From the NCBI GenBank assembly GCA_965369185.1, contig CBDUPU010000001.1, forward strand, positions 1-28,856: DNA of 28,856 nt, written 5' to 3'. This stretch comes from an uncultured Rhodospirillales bacterium (lineage in GTDB: Bacteria; Pseudomonadota; Alphaproteobacteria; Micavibrionales; Micavibrionaceae). Below the pieces are notes generated by a model that saw only the letters and a list, made by a program, of their open reading frames with translations, was not told where the DNA came from and ran no database searches. Below, in pieces: positions 7,472-16,093 of this stretch. Position numbers and translations under genes: made by a program. Each line of letters begins with the position of its first letter. The first letter of the stretch is position 1.

Positions 7472-9460
7472 CTATTTCTTCTTCTTGGATTTTTTCGGCT
7501 TGGGCTTTGAAACCGGCTTGGCTTCTTTTTTAGTAGCTGCTTTTTTGGCCGCCTTCTTAGCTGTTTTCTTTTCCTGCCCTTCCTCGGCAGCGTCAGCATC
7601 TTCGAGCTCTTCGCCGAACAGCGCTTCCTCGACATCGTGCTCGATTACCTCAAGCTCCGGGTGGACGGTCGGGCCTTCTTCGATCTGGCGTTCGAACTCT
7701 TTTTCTTCCTTGCTTTTGAAGATATGCGGCTCAACGCCCATGCTCTTCATAATAACGTATTGCTGAAGAACAGACAGTGCGTTGGAGAACGTCCAGTAAA
7801 TCACCAGACCGGCCGGGAAGCCTGCCATAATATAGACAATGAAGAACGGCATGATATTCCTCATCATCTTCTGGGTCTTGTCCTGCGGCGGCGGGCTCAT
7901 CGCCTTTTGCATGATCATGAAAATCAACATCAGGCAAGGCCAGATACCGATCATCAACTGCGCCGGCGGATCCCAGGGCAGCAAACCGAACAGGTTAAAG
8001 ATACTGGTCGGGTCAGGCGCCGACAGATCCTTGATCCAGCCATAGAAAGGCGCATGACGCATTTCGACGGATAGCTGCAGCACCTTAAACAGCGAGAAGA
8101 AAATAGGGATCTGGATGAGGATCGGCAGGCAGCCGGCCATCGGATTGACCTTTTCCTTCTCGTACAGCTTGACCAGCGCCTGCTGCAGCTTTTGCTTATC
8201 ATCGCCGTATTTTTCGCGCAGCTTGCTCATTTCCGGGGCAACCTGACGCAACTTGGCGAAAGATCTGAAAGACGTGTTGGCAAGCGGGAAAACAAAAATC
8301 CGGACAACAAAAGTCAGCAGGATAATCCCGATACCAAAGTTACCGGCAATATCACCAAGCCAATGCAGCAGATAATAAAGCGGCTTGGTCAGGAAGTACC
8401 ACATGCCAAAGTCGATCGCGAGATCGATATGGTTCCAGCCAAACTGCTCGGCGTAACCTTCAAGAATAGACAGTTGTTTCGGGCCGACAAAAATACGGGT
8501 GGCGGTTTCAAAAGACTCGCCGCTATTCAGCGTACGGCCTGCGCCCATAATATCGACTTGATAACGCGCCTGCCCGTTTCCAGCCTTTTCCGGCGGGACA
8601 TAAACAAAGCGATAGGTGCCAGGCGTGTCACTTGCGGGGAACATGCCGCTCAGCCAATAATGCTCTGTCAGGCCGAGCCAGCCCTCATCAGACTGAAATT
8701 CCTTAAAGCCGACATCCTTCATTTTTTTGTAGGTGATTTCCTGCAATTCACCTTTGATATAGCCGATCGGGCCTTCATGGATCGTCCAGCGGTTATAAAG
8801 CTCTTCGGGCAGGCCGTGCTGCGCCAGCGCGGTATAAGGATAAAGCGTGATATTGCCGGCATTTTTATTGATGACGCGCTGCGTGACGGTGAACAGATAT
8901 TTATCATCGAGAAGGATCTCGTTTTCGAAACGAAGCCCCTGACCATTATCCCAGTACAGCGTTACCGGCTGGTTCGGGCGCAGTACAGTGTTACCACCGC
9001 CAACGACGCTCCACTTTGTATCCTTATCGGGGGTGCGGATTTTTTTCGCGGCGTCCGTCCAACCAAAGGCGGCATAGCGCGGATGGTAAGAGCCCATCGG
9101 GGAGAACATATTCACGCTGCGGATTTTTTCCATCGTCTGGAAATATTCCCGCAGCGCAAGATCATCGATCCGGCCGCCATTCAAAGAAATAGAACCGGTC
9201 AACCGGTCTGTTTCGATGCGGATGCGGTCGCTTTCTGGCAGGACTTCCTGACGCGGACGCAACTCCCGCGCCGTGGCAGTTTCACCCGTCGGGACAGACG
9301 CGGCGATCTGTTGCTGCTTTCGCGCGGCCTCCATTGCTTCCATGCGGGGGCGAAGCAGGAAATGATCGAAAGAAACCCAAACGACCACAGCGGCAATAAT
9401 GAAGGTCAACAGGTTCTTCATATCGTCCGGGTGCATCGGATCATCATTTTTATTCAACAT
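7472..9460 (-). CDS. yidC: Membrane protein insertase YidC with long acidic/Lys-rich C-terminal tail
   Basis: IDFGMWYFLTKP, GNFGIGIILLTFVVR, GCLPILIQIPIFF, GWIKDLSAPDP, GLVIYWTFSN; sits in the rpmH-rnpA-yidD-yidC operon. Confidence 0.97.
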   Translation of the reverse strand: MLNKNDDPMHPDDMKNLLTFIIAAVVVWVSFDHFLLRPRMEAMEAARKQQQIAASVPTGETATARELRPRQEVLPESDRIRIETDRLTGSISLNGGRIDDLALREYFQTMEKIRSVNMFSPMGSYHPRYAAFGWTDAAKKIRTPDKDTKWSVVGGGNTVLRPNQPVTLYWDNGQGLRFENEILLDDKYLFTVTQRVINKNAGNITLYPYTALAQHGLPEELYNRWTIHEGPIGYIKGELQEITYKKMKDVGFKEFQSDEGWLGLTEHYWLSGMFPASDTPGTYRFVYVPPEKAGNGQARYQVDIMGAGRTLNSGESFETATRIFVGPKQLSILEGYAEQFGWNHIDLAIDFGMWYFLTKPLYYLLHWLGDIAGNFGIGIILLTFVVRIFVFPLANTSFRSFAKLRQVAPEMSKLREKYGDDKQKLQQALVKLYEKEKVNPMAGCLPILIQIPIFFSLFKVLQLSVEMRHAPFYGWIKDLSAPDPTSIFNLFGLLPWDPPAQLMIGIWPCLMLIFMIMQKAMSPPPQDKTQKMMRNIMPFFIVYIMAGFPAGLVIYWTFSNALSVLQQYVIMKSMGVEPHIFKSKEEKEFERQIEEGPTVHPELEVIEHDVEEALFGEELEDADAAEEGQEKKTAKKAAKKAATKKEAKPVSKPKPKKSKKKK

Positions 9461-9540
9461 CGGCCGGTTGCCTTTCCTACTCGTCGCAGTCCTAAATGAG
9501 TCGCGGGGGTTTACGTATATTCGCGTCCATTACGCATATA

Positions 9541-9834
9541 TCAATTTTGTTTGCGTTTATAGCCGATTATATCCCCCCACGTAAACCGCTTTGGCACGGG
9601 GTCGTTCCAGTGGGTTTTGCACCATGGATGACAGCGCAGAACGCGGCGCACGCCAAGAACAAGCCCTTTGATAGCACCGTGGCGCTCAAGTGCTTCGAGC
9701 GTATAGGCGGAGCAGCTTGGATGAAAACGGCAGCTTTGGCCGAACAGGGGGGAAACGGCGTACCGATAAAACCGGATCGGCGCCATGACAATCTGTCGCA
9801 TAAAATAGCTCAAATAATAGCTGAAAGGCCGCAT
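9541..9834 (-). CDS. yidD: Membrane protein insertion efficiency factor YidD
   Basis: YRYAVSP..GQSCRFHPSCSAY...HGAIKG...RRVLRCHPW..DPVP. The exact start is uncertain. Confidence 0.93.
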   Translation of the reverse strand: MRPFSYYLSYFMRQIVMAPIRFYRYAVSPLFGQSCRFHPSCSAYTLEALERHGAIKGLVLGVRRVLRCHPWCKTHWNDPVPKRFTWGDIIGYKRKQN

Positions 9835-9836
9835 GA

Positions 9837-10223
9837 TCAACCGCTATTTTGTTCTTTGTCGCCTTGCAAATACCCCAGCTTTCCAAGGCACCAGATCAGG
9901 TCTTTTTTCAGGGTCGCGTACGGACGAATGGCAGTTTCCGGGCGGCCAATCAGAACAATATCGATATCGTCGGCAAGATGCGCCGGCAAGACATCGTAGG
10001 CAACCGCGCGCAAGCGTCGCTTGATACGGTTGCGGCACACGGCCGACTTGCTCACTCTTTTGGTAACGGTAATGCCGAAATGGCGCTGTTTTTCAGATGC
10101 GGGCGCAATTTGTATGATCATGCCCTTGGCGACCCATTTGATGCCGCTATGCTGTAAACGCAAAAAATCGGACCGCTTTTTAAGGCGGCCCACATTCTGT
10201 ATTTCTGTCTTTGTTGCCTGCAT
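9837..10223 (-). CDS. rnpA: Ribonuclease P protein component
   Basis: RLKKRSDF, FGITVTKRVSKSAVCRNRIKRRLR (RNR motif); position between rpmH and yidD. Confidence 0.95.
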   Translation of the reverse strand: MQATKTEIQNVGRLKKRSDFLRLQHSGIKWVAKGMIIQIAPASEKQRHFGITVTKRVSKSAVCRNRIKRRLRAVAYDVLPAHLADDIDIVLIGRPETAIRPYATLKKDLIWCLGKLGYLQGDKEQNSG

Positions 10224-10265
10224 GGGATTTACCGGCCTTACTTTAAAGACCGATACCCCATCGCC

Positions 10266-10400
10266 TTATGCGCTCAGGCGCTTACGGCCTTTTGCACGGC
10301 GGCGCGCAAGAACGGCGCGGCCAAATTTGGTCGCCATGCGTGCGCGAAAACCGTGGCGGCGCTTGCGAACCAGGCGGCTGGGCTGAAAGGTGCGTTTCAT
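10266..10400 (-). CDS. rpmH: 50S ribosomal protein L34
   Basis: Too short for the ORF track. Manual translation gives [44 protein letters not shown], with GGAG upstream. Confidence 0.97.
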   Translation of the reverse strand: MKRTFQPSRLVRKRRHGFRARMATKFGRAVLARRRAKGRKRLSA

Positions 10401-10571
10401 GTTCAGAGCACTCCGTACTTAAAAATCTCTTCAGAAGGGGGCGTTATAACGAGTTTCCGGCAATGTGTCAATTTTTTCCTGTTTTGTGGAAAAAGCGCCT
10501 GTTTTTGTCGCCCCGCGGGGCAGTCTGCGGTACGCGCGGCAAGTTTTTCTTTGACCTTTGGGCGTAAAATA

Positions 10572-10594
10572 TCTTAACTTCCAGAAAGTTAAGA
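10572..10594. promoter_or_regulatory. Palindromic operator-like site TCTTAACTT-N5-AAGTTAAGA
   Basis: Perfect 9-bp inverted repeat, 9 bp upstream of a GCTATAT -10-like element (10604-10610), in the divergent rpmH / 10668 intergenic region. Confidence 0.5.
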
Positions 10595-10667
10595 GTTGCC
10601 ACTGCTATATTCTCTGGCAAAATAGCGGGTGGTTTTTAAGGCGGACACCAACAAAAGAGGATCGTAC

Positions 10668-11288
10668 ATGTACGATGACAATAACTGGAATCCGGTAACG
10701 GGTGACGAACTGGCAGGTTTTCTGGAGCAGATCAATCCTGTAGATGGCAAATATAAAGTCTCGACGGAAACAACCCAGGTTAGCTGGCGCGCATTGCCGT
10801 TTTACGACCGGGTCGTGCTGGTACGTGTCAAAGATCCAGGCTGGTCCCCGGGCAACCTCAATATTTTTTACCTGACAATCGACGGCAACCTATACCGTTT
10901 GAACGGCACTTCACCGCCGATCCACGAAGTAAACGCGCTTGCACCGGTCAAAATCACCGAAGAAAACGTGCTCGAATATCTGCGTTTCTTCTGCTATTTC
11001 GTGCGCGGCGAAGAAGGCCCGTTCCTGATTGCCGAAGACATCAACAATCCTGACATGCCGCGTGACATGGACGACCAGACCCGCGCTGTTGTCGAAGGCA
11101 CTATTCGTCCGGCGACCTATGAAGGCATGAACGAGCAAGGATTCTTCCTGTGCGATGGCGTTGTGTTTTATTCCAACGCGCTGTTTATCGCCAACTTCGC
11201 GGTTCAGCCGAGCGGTATGATCGAGATGCTGGACGACGAGCCGATTGCAGCCGATCTTCCGGTCAAAGTCGAAGCGCCGATCGCTTAA
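10668..11288 (+). CDS. Hypothetical cytoplasmic protein (206 aa)
   Basis: AGAGGA RBS precedes the ATG at 10668 (MYDDNNW...). Acidic, globular-looking composition with no signal peptide or TM. The family was not recognised. Confidence 0.8.
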   Translation: MYDDNNWNPVTGDELAGFLEQINPVDGKYKVSTETTQVSWRALPFYDRVVLVRVKDPGWSPGNLNIFYLTIDGNLYRLNGTSPPIHEVNALAPVKITEENVLEYLRFFCYFVRGEEGPFLIAEDINNPDMPRDMDDQTRAVVEGTIRPATYEGMNEQGFFLCDGVVFYSNALFIANFAVQPSGMIEMLDDEPIAADLPVKVEAPIA

Positions 11289-11339
11289 AGTCTTTCAAGA
11301 CAAAGGCAGTAAAACGCATAACCTGCACCTTGCAGGGAC

Positions 11340-11377
11340 GTTAACGGTGTCTTGCATACCGTTAACAGTTTGTTTAC
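11340..11377. promoter_or_regulatory. Inverted repeat GTTAACGGT-N9-ACCGTTAAC overlapping a CtrA-like box
   Basis: Perfect 9-bp IR at 11340-11348/11358-11366. TTAA-N7-TTTAC at 11362-11377 is one mismatch from the CtrA consensus TTAA-N7-TTAAC. Confidence 0.45.
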
Positions 11378-11462
11378 AATTAAACGAGTCGGGAGGATTT
11401 TCATCCTTCCCTTCATTTTAGTCAGACGAACAACACCTATCGAAACAAGGCCTGTCACGCCG

Positions 11463-12113
11463 ATGAAGAACGCCCTGCTTGCTTCAACGCTCATCATTTC
11501 GCTGTTCGCCGGAGCCGGCGCGGCGCAGGCACAAAGCAGCCGCGTTTACTTTGCGGGCTATCTTGGCCTTAACGTTTATAACGACAATAAATTCAGCGAA
11601 AGCACAGCCAACCGCAAAGGCGATTTTGAATTTAAAAATGCCGGGTCCCTGGCTGGCGCGCTTGGCCTTCGCCTAACGCCGCAATGGCGGCTGGAGGGCG
11701 AAATTTCCCGGCGCAGCGCAGAACTTAACCGCGCAGATGTGAACGGTGTCGGCAGTCTTGATGCTGGCGGCGACATCACAAGCTGGCTCTATATGATGAA
11801 TATCTATTACGATATTGACTGGAAATGGAAAAACTTCCAGCCATTCCTGACTGCCGGCTTTGGTCTGGCCTCGCATGAAGCGCAAATTGACAGCCTTGCC
11901 GGTATCGCCCAGACTACGGACGACACGCTGGGCTTTGCCTGGCAGGTTGGCGGCGGCCTGAAATACCGGGTCAGCGAGGACATGGCACTGACCAGTAATT
12001 ATCGCTATCTCGGCACGACCGATCTGGAAGTTGACAGCTACGATGTCGAATATTCCACGCATGAATTCAGGCTTGGCCTGGAATACGACCTGCCGACTGA
12101 CTGGCTCCGGTAA
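11463..12113 (+). CDS. Outer-membrane beta-barrel protein (OmpA-like TM / Omp25-RopB type, probably 8-stranded)
   Basis: Signal peptide MKNALLASTLIISLFAGAGAAQA|Q. Motifs YFAGYLG, WRLEGE, MMNIYYD, PFLTAGFG, FAWQVGGGLKY, NYRYL and EFRLGLEY alternate as in beta strands. Confidence 0.85.
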   Translation: MKNALLASTLIISLFAGAGAAQAQSSRVYFAGYLGLNVYNDNKFSESTANRKGDFEFKNAGSLAGALGLRLTPQWRLEGEISRRSAELNRADVNGVGSLDAGGDITSWLYMMNIYYDIDWKWKNFQPFLTAGFGLASHEAQIDSLAGIAQTTDDTLGFAWQVGGGLKYRVSEDMALTSNYRYLGTTDLEVDSYDVEYSTHEFRLGLEYDLPTDWLR

Positions 12114-12234
12114 AAAAAACTCCCGATCATAAGCGACCATAGCGGCCTTAACCATCTTCATGACAAACGTAGTCATTTAGTCTAAAACTTATGGGCAAGT
12201 TTAGGGCTAAATCGGAACAGGCACGGGTGCTGAA

Positions 12235-13461
12235 TTGAAGAATGCGGATGTAATCGTTGTTGGCGGCGGCCTTGCCGGACTTTCTTTAACGGCGCTGCTC
12301 GGGGCGCACGGCGTAAAGGTGCTTTGCCTTGACCGGGACGCGCAGACGACAGCGATGCAGCAGAATTTTGACGGGCGCACCACAGCGATTTCCTTTGGCT
12401 CGCGCAAAGTGCTCGCCGCCGCAGGCGTGTGGGACTTTCTGGCAGAAGATTGCTGCGCGATCGATAATATCCAGATCCTTGACGGCGACAGCCCGGTATT
12501 GCTGGAATTTGATTGCAGCGAAGTCGGCGGCCGGACGTTCGGCTGGATCGCCGAAAACCGCATGATCCGCAAGGCGCTGTATGACAAGATCCAGACGCTT
12601 GAGACCGCCGAAATTATCGCGCCGGCCGTGGTTGCCGACTATGCCGTTAGTGACGATCAGGCGAGCGTCATTCTGGCAGATGGCCGGACATTTGATGCGA
12701 AGCTGATTGTTGGTGCCGATGGCCGGTTTTCCTTCACGCGGGAGTGGATGGAAATCGGTGCGCGCGACTGGTCATACCGTCAGCGCGCGATTGTTTGCAC
12801 CGTCACGCATGAACATCCGCACGAGAACATCGCCGTTGAAAACTTTCGCCCCGAAGGGCCGTTTGCCATCCTGCCGATGACCGATGATGAACACGGCAAC
12901 CATCGTTCTTCGGTCGTCTGGACAGAACACGGCCAAGAACGCAATTCACCCATCCATTACGGTCAGGAAGCTTTTGACGCCGCCCTGCAGGCGCGTTTTC
13001 CCGAACGGTACGGAACGGTAAAGCAAATACATAAACGCTTCAACTTTCCGCTCGGCCTGATCCATGCCCATGACTATATTGCGCCGCGTATGGCGCTGGT
13101 GGCGGATGCGGCGCACGGTATTCACCCGATCGCTGGGCAAGGACTTAATTTGGGCTTCCGCGACATTGCCTCGCTCAGCGCTCTGATCGTTGAGGCCATT
13201 GAACAGGACAAGGATCCGGGCGGCGACACGCTGCTGAGCGCCTATCAGCGGGCAAGGCGTTTTGACAATATGGCGATGGCGGGGGCGACCGATACGCTCA
13301 ACCGCCTGTTTTCCAACGATATCACGCCGGTACGCATGGCACGCAAAGCAGGGCTGAAAATGGTTTCCAACCTGCCCTTCGCCAAACAGTTTTTCATGAA
13401 ACAAGCAATGGGCGCCGCCGGTCTGTTGCCGGCGCTGATCCGCGACCGCGAAGCGGCCTGA
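12235..13461 (+). CDS. FAD-dependent ubiquinone biosynthesis hydroxylase (UbiH/UbiL/COQ6 family)
   Basis: DVIVVGGGLAG, DGRTTAIS, LIVGADGRFS, LVADAAHGIHPIAGQGLNLGFRD. The TTG start is uncertain and the paralog cannot be assigned without a tree. Confidence 0.92.
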   Translation: MKNADVIVVGGGLAGLSLTALLGAHGVKVLCLDRDAQTTAMQQNFDGRTTAISFGSRKVLAAAGVWDFLAEDCCAIDNIQILDGDSPVLLEFDCSEVGGRTFGWIAENRMIRKALYDKIQTLETAEIIAPAVVADYAVSDDQASVILADGRTFDAKLIVGADGRFSFTREWMEIGARDWSYRQRAIVCTVTHEHPHENIAVENFRPEGPFAILPMTDDEHGNHRSSVVWTEHGQERNSPIHYGQEAFDAALQARFPERYGTVKQIHKRFNFPLGLIHAHDYIAPRMALVADAAHGIHPIAGQGLNLGFRDIASLSALIVEAIEQDKDPGGDTLLSAYQRARRFDNMAMAGATDTLNRLFSNDITPVRMARKAGLKMVSNLPFAKQFFMKQAMGAAGLLPALIRDREAA

Positions 13462-13493
13462 ACATTCTTCGCCCCTGATAGATTAAGCGACCT

Positions 13494-14336
13494 CTAACCC
13501 TTGGCAGGGCCGTTCATGCCCGGCACAGCATCACGCTGCGGCTGCTGTCCTTGCTGGGCAAGCTGCTGCTCTTGCTCTGGCGTCGGCTGAGGCGCCGTTG
13601 CCGGTTCCGCCGTTTCCGGTCTGGTACCATCCTGCACAGGCCCTGAAACAATCGTGCCGTCCGGGTTTTGCTGATGACCTTCGGCATTTATGCCAAACAT
13701 TTGCGCAACTTGCGCCATAGGCCCGTTGGGGCCGCCATTGCCGTCAATGACAAACTCGTCCCCTTGCATAAACTTTTGAATGCCGCCCATAAGGTTTTCG
13801 ACCATACCGGTGATCCCGTTAAATACAGCAAGCAGGGCCGCGCCGATATTTTCCCATGAAAAACCGTTCATCATTTCGCCGAGTTGGCCTTGCATATTCT
13901 GCAGGAAATTTCCGCTATTCTGCCGTTCAGCCGACCGCGCCACTTGAGCGGCAACCTGCTGTTCTGTGACTTGCTCTTTTAGAAGCGCCGAAAGACTGCC
14001 CGGCTCTTCGCGAAAACCATCAATAACCTGGCCCAGTTTCTGCGGATCGTCATGCACCAGCGCATTAATACGCTGCGCCAGTTCAGGATCCGCTTCAATT
14101 GTCTGGCCAAACTTTTCAGCCAGTTGCGGATCTTCAACGATTTGCAGCACTTCTTGCTTGATATCAGCAAGGTCTTCATCCGTCATTACCCCGGCCAGAT
14201 CAAGTTCGTTGACCGCCGGATAGGTTTCGCGCAAATGCTCAATCGCATCAATCTGGCCGGAGCTTAAACCGGCGAGTTGCAACCCCATACGTTCTGCGCC
14301 CAATGCCTGAAGCACGCTGCCCATATCAAAACCCAT
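13494..14336 (-). CDS. Hypothetical protein with 14-residue DP repeats, amphipathic segment and Q/P-rich tail
   Basis: Long ORF with GAGGAG RBS-like sequence upstream; [D/E]P at residues 69, 83, 97 and 111. Confidence 0.75.
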   Translation of the reverse strand: MGFDMGSVLQALGAERMGLQLAGLSSGQIDAIEHLRETYPAVNELDLAGVMTDEDLADIKQEVLQIVEDPQLAEKFGQTIEADPELAQRINALVHDDPQKLGQVIDGFREEPGSLSALLKEQVTEQQVAAQVARSAERQNSGNFLQNMQGQLGEMMNGFSWENIGAALLAVFNGITGMVENLMGGIQKFMQGDEFVIDGNGGPNGPMAQVAQMFGINAEGHQQNPDGTIVSGPVQDGTRPETAEPATAPQPTPEQEQQLAQQGQQPQRDAVPGMNGPAKG

Positions 14337-14346
14337 TACTCACTCC

Positions 14347-14715
14347 TCAATGCAAAGTGGTGCGCACCAATAGCGGCACTTCAATAAAATCATGTAATTT
14401 TTTGTCATTCACCAGATAGGCCGTGACGCTTTTTGCCTTACGCAAATACTTGCTCATCAACGGTTTGATCTCGATACCAAGATCATTCAACCGGCCCTGC
14501 TTGGTGATAAAGGTGAGCTTTTCTTCTTCCATATCATATTCAGCCCACTCCAGAACGCCGGGGAAAGGTTCATTGTGAAAAACCCAGACATCGGAATCCT
14601 TGTTGACCGCGATATCGACCAGCATTTCTTCGGTCAAATCGGGGTTGACCGGCACCTCTGGCGGGATCGCTTTTTTCTCGCCCTCAAGAATGGAAGATTT
14701 CTTTTTCCTTGCCAT
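14347..14715 (-). CDS. Hypothetical protein (about 122 aa)
   Basis: Plausible start MARKKK at 14715 with an AT-rich promoter-like region upstream (TATAAT on the minus strand, 14756-14761). The gap to the next gene is 10 bp. Confidence 0.7.
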   Translation of the reverse strand: MARKKKSSILEGEKKAIPPEVPVNPDLTEEMLVDIAVNKDSDVWVFHNEPFPGVLEWAEYDMEEEKLTFITKQGRLNDLGIEIKPLMSKYLRKAKSVTAYLVNDKKLHDFIEVPLLVRTTLH

Positions 14716-14810
14716 GCACAACACCCTTATTTCTTATACTTATTACGCATAGGCTATTATAACAAATTATCTTAATTTTTTACAAATTTGCCGGTGCGCT
14801 TTTCTCAATA

Positions 14811-15383
14811 TTACGGTTTAAGCCTGTAACCCTGCAGCTCCCTGTAAACACTGCCTTTTTCATCAGGCGCAGCCGACAGATACAGGCCGAAACTTGCCGC
14901 CTGCCAGCTGGCCCTGACTTTGCTGCTGTTTTTCTGCTGAAACGCCTCCAGCCCCTGCGGCTTATTCAGGCGGGCAAGGGTAACGTGCGGGCGGAAAGGC
15001 TTGCGCGGCATCTCGAAACCGAGCGGCTCCAGCGCAGCGTTAATTTCGGCGGTCAGAGCCGTCAGCTTGCGCGTGCTTTGCACATCCGCCCAAAGAACCG
15101 GCTGGCGCCCTTCCTGAAAAGCGCCGAGGCCGCCCAGCTCTATATTAAAGGGGGCGCGGCGCACACGATCAAGCGCCGCCTTTATATCCGGCAGTTGCGC
15201 AGGATCGACTTCGCCGAGAAAGCGCAAGGTAATATGCATGTCATCTGCCTTGCTCCAGCGCGCATCCAGACCTTTATGCGGCAGGGCGGTGAGCGTGTCC
15301 TTAACAGATTGCGGCAAGGTCAGGGCGGCGAACAAACGTATTTTTCCGCCTGTGGCTTTTGGGTCTTGTTGCCATTCACTCAT
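14811..15383 (-). CDS. thpR: RNA 2',3'-cyclic phosphodiesterase (2H phosphoesterase, LigT/ThpR)
   Basis: IRLFAAL, HITLRFLG and FRPHVTLAR: two H-x-T motifs. Confidence 0.9.
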   Translation of the reverse strand: MSEWQQDPKATGGKIRLFAALTLPQSVKDTLTALPHKGLDARWSKADDMHITLRFLGEVDPAQLPDIKAALDRVRRAPFNIELGGLGAFQEGRQPVLWADVQSTRKLTALTAEINAALEPLGFEMPRKPFRPHVTLARLNKPQGLEAFQQKNSSKVRASWQAASFGLYLSAAPDEKGSVYRELQGYRLKP

Positions 15384-15392
15384 GCCCCGATT

Positions 15393-16004
15393 TTACGGGG
15401 CGAGCCGGATTTCTGCAACTTTCTTGAAGCGAGTCCCCTTGCCATTGTTGTTGGCCGGGTGTTCCGGGTGACTGCGGGTCAATGTCTCGCAGATATAAAA
15501 CCGGTCGCAGCGCCAGGACGGCGCTTTGATTGTACCATGCGCCTTGGCGAATTCTTTGGTCAGGTCACCCGCTTGCGGCGGCGGGCGCGCTACTGTCAAA
15601 TGGGGCGAAATTGCATGATTGCCGGTGCGGAATTCGCTGGCTTTTAAAAGTTTGACAATTTTCGTATGCAGGTCCCGCAACTCATTGTCAGCATGGTTAT
15701 CAGGCCGCGCCCAGATCACATGGTTTGACGTGTTACGCCCTTCCGGGTCCTTGAGATAAAAGCTAAGACCGGCAAAAGAGGCGTTGAACGCCTTATGCTC
15801 GATTTGCTCAAGCACTTTTACGAGCTTTTTAAATTGCCGCTCGGTCAGATGTCCCGGGAATGCGAGGGATATATGATAGTCCTCCGGGCGCTTCCATTCC
15901 CATGAATCCGGGCCGGCCTTCGTCAATTTTCTGATTTTTTCAGTGGCCCATTCAGGCGGAAAAACAGCAATAAAGAATTGCCGTTTTAGCTCTCCTTTTT
16001 CCAT
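15393..16004 (-). CDS. Second, divergent 2H phosphoesterase (ThpR-like)
   Basis: FFIAVFPP, YHISLAFPG and SPHLTVAR: H-x-S and H-x-T motifs. Confidence 0.85.
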   Translation of the reverse strand: MEKGELKRQFFIAVFPPEWATEKIRKLTKAGPDSWEWKRPEDYHISLAFPGHLTERQFKKLVKVLEQIEHKAFNASFAGLSFYLKDPEGRNTSNHVIWARPDNHADNELRDLHTKIVKLLKASEFRTGNHAISPHLTVARPPPQAGDLTKEFAKAHGTIKAPSWRCDRFYICETLTRSHPEHPANNNGKGTRFKKVAEIRLAP

Positions 16005-16093
16005 CCCTGTTCTGTTCTTTCATTTTTTTATTTTTATAGTTGTTGTTGCAACTATGGCACAGAACGGAATGTGTTCGCAATGTCAGAGAGGCA

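Noticed and set aside
7471-7635. Basic N-terminal extension of engB in the ORF track
   Set aside because: An alternative frame of the yidC Lys-rich tail; the real start is MSDEAAF at 7470.
8192-9499. 435-aa plus-strand ORF (and similar long ORFs 24248..25294, 27521..28339, 3193..3882, 14985..15647)
   Set aside because: Antisense shadows of well-supported genes, as expected in GC-rich coding DNA; no motifs.
10485-10493. DnaA-box match (TTTTCCACA on the minus strand) upstream of rpmH; possible oriC
   Set aside because: Only a single box, with no dnaA, no box cluster and no clear unwinding element. One match is expected by chance or from promoter regulation.
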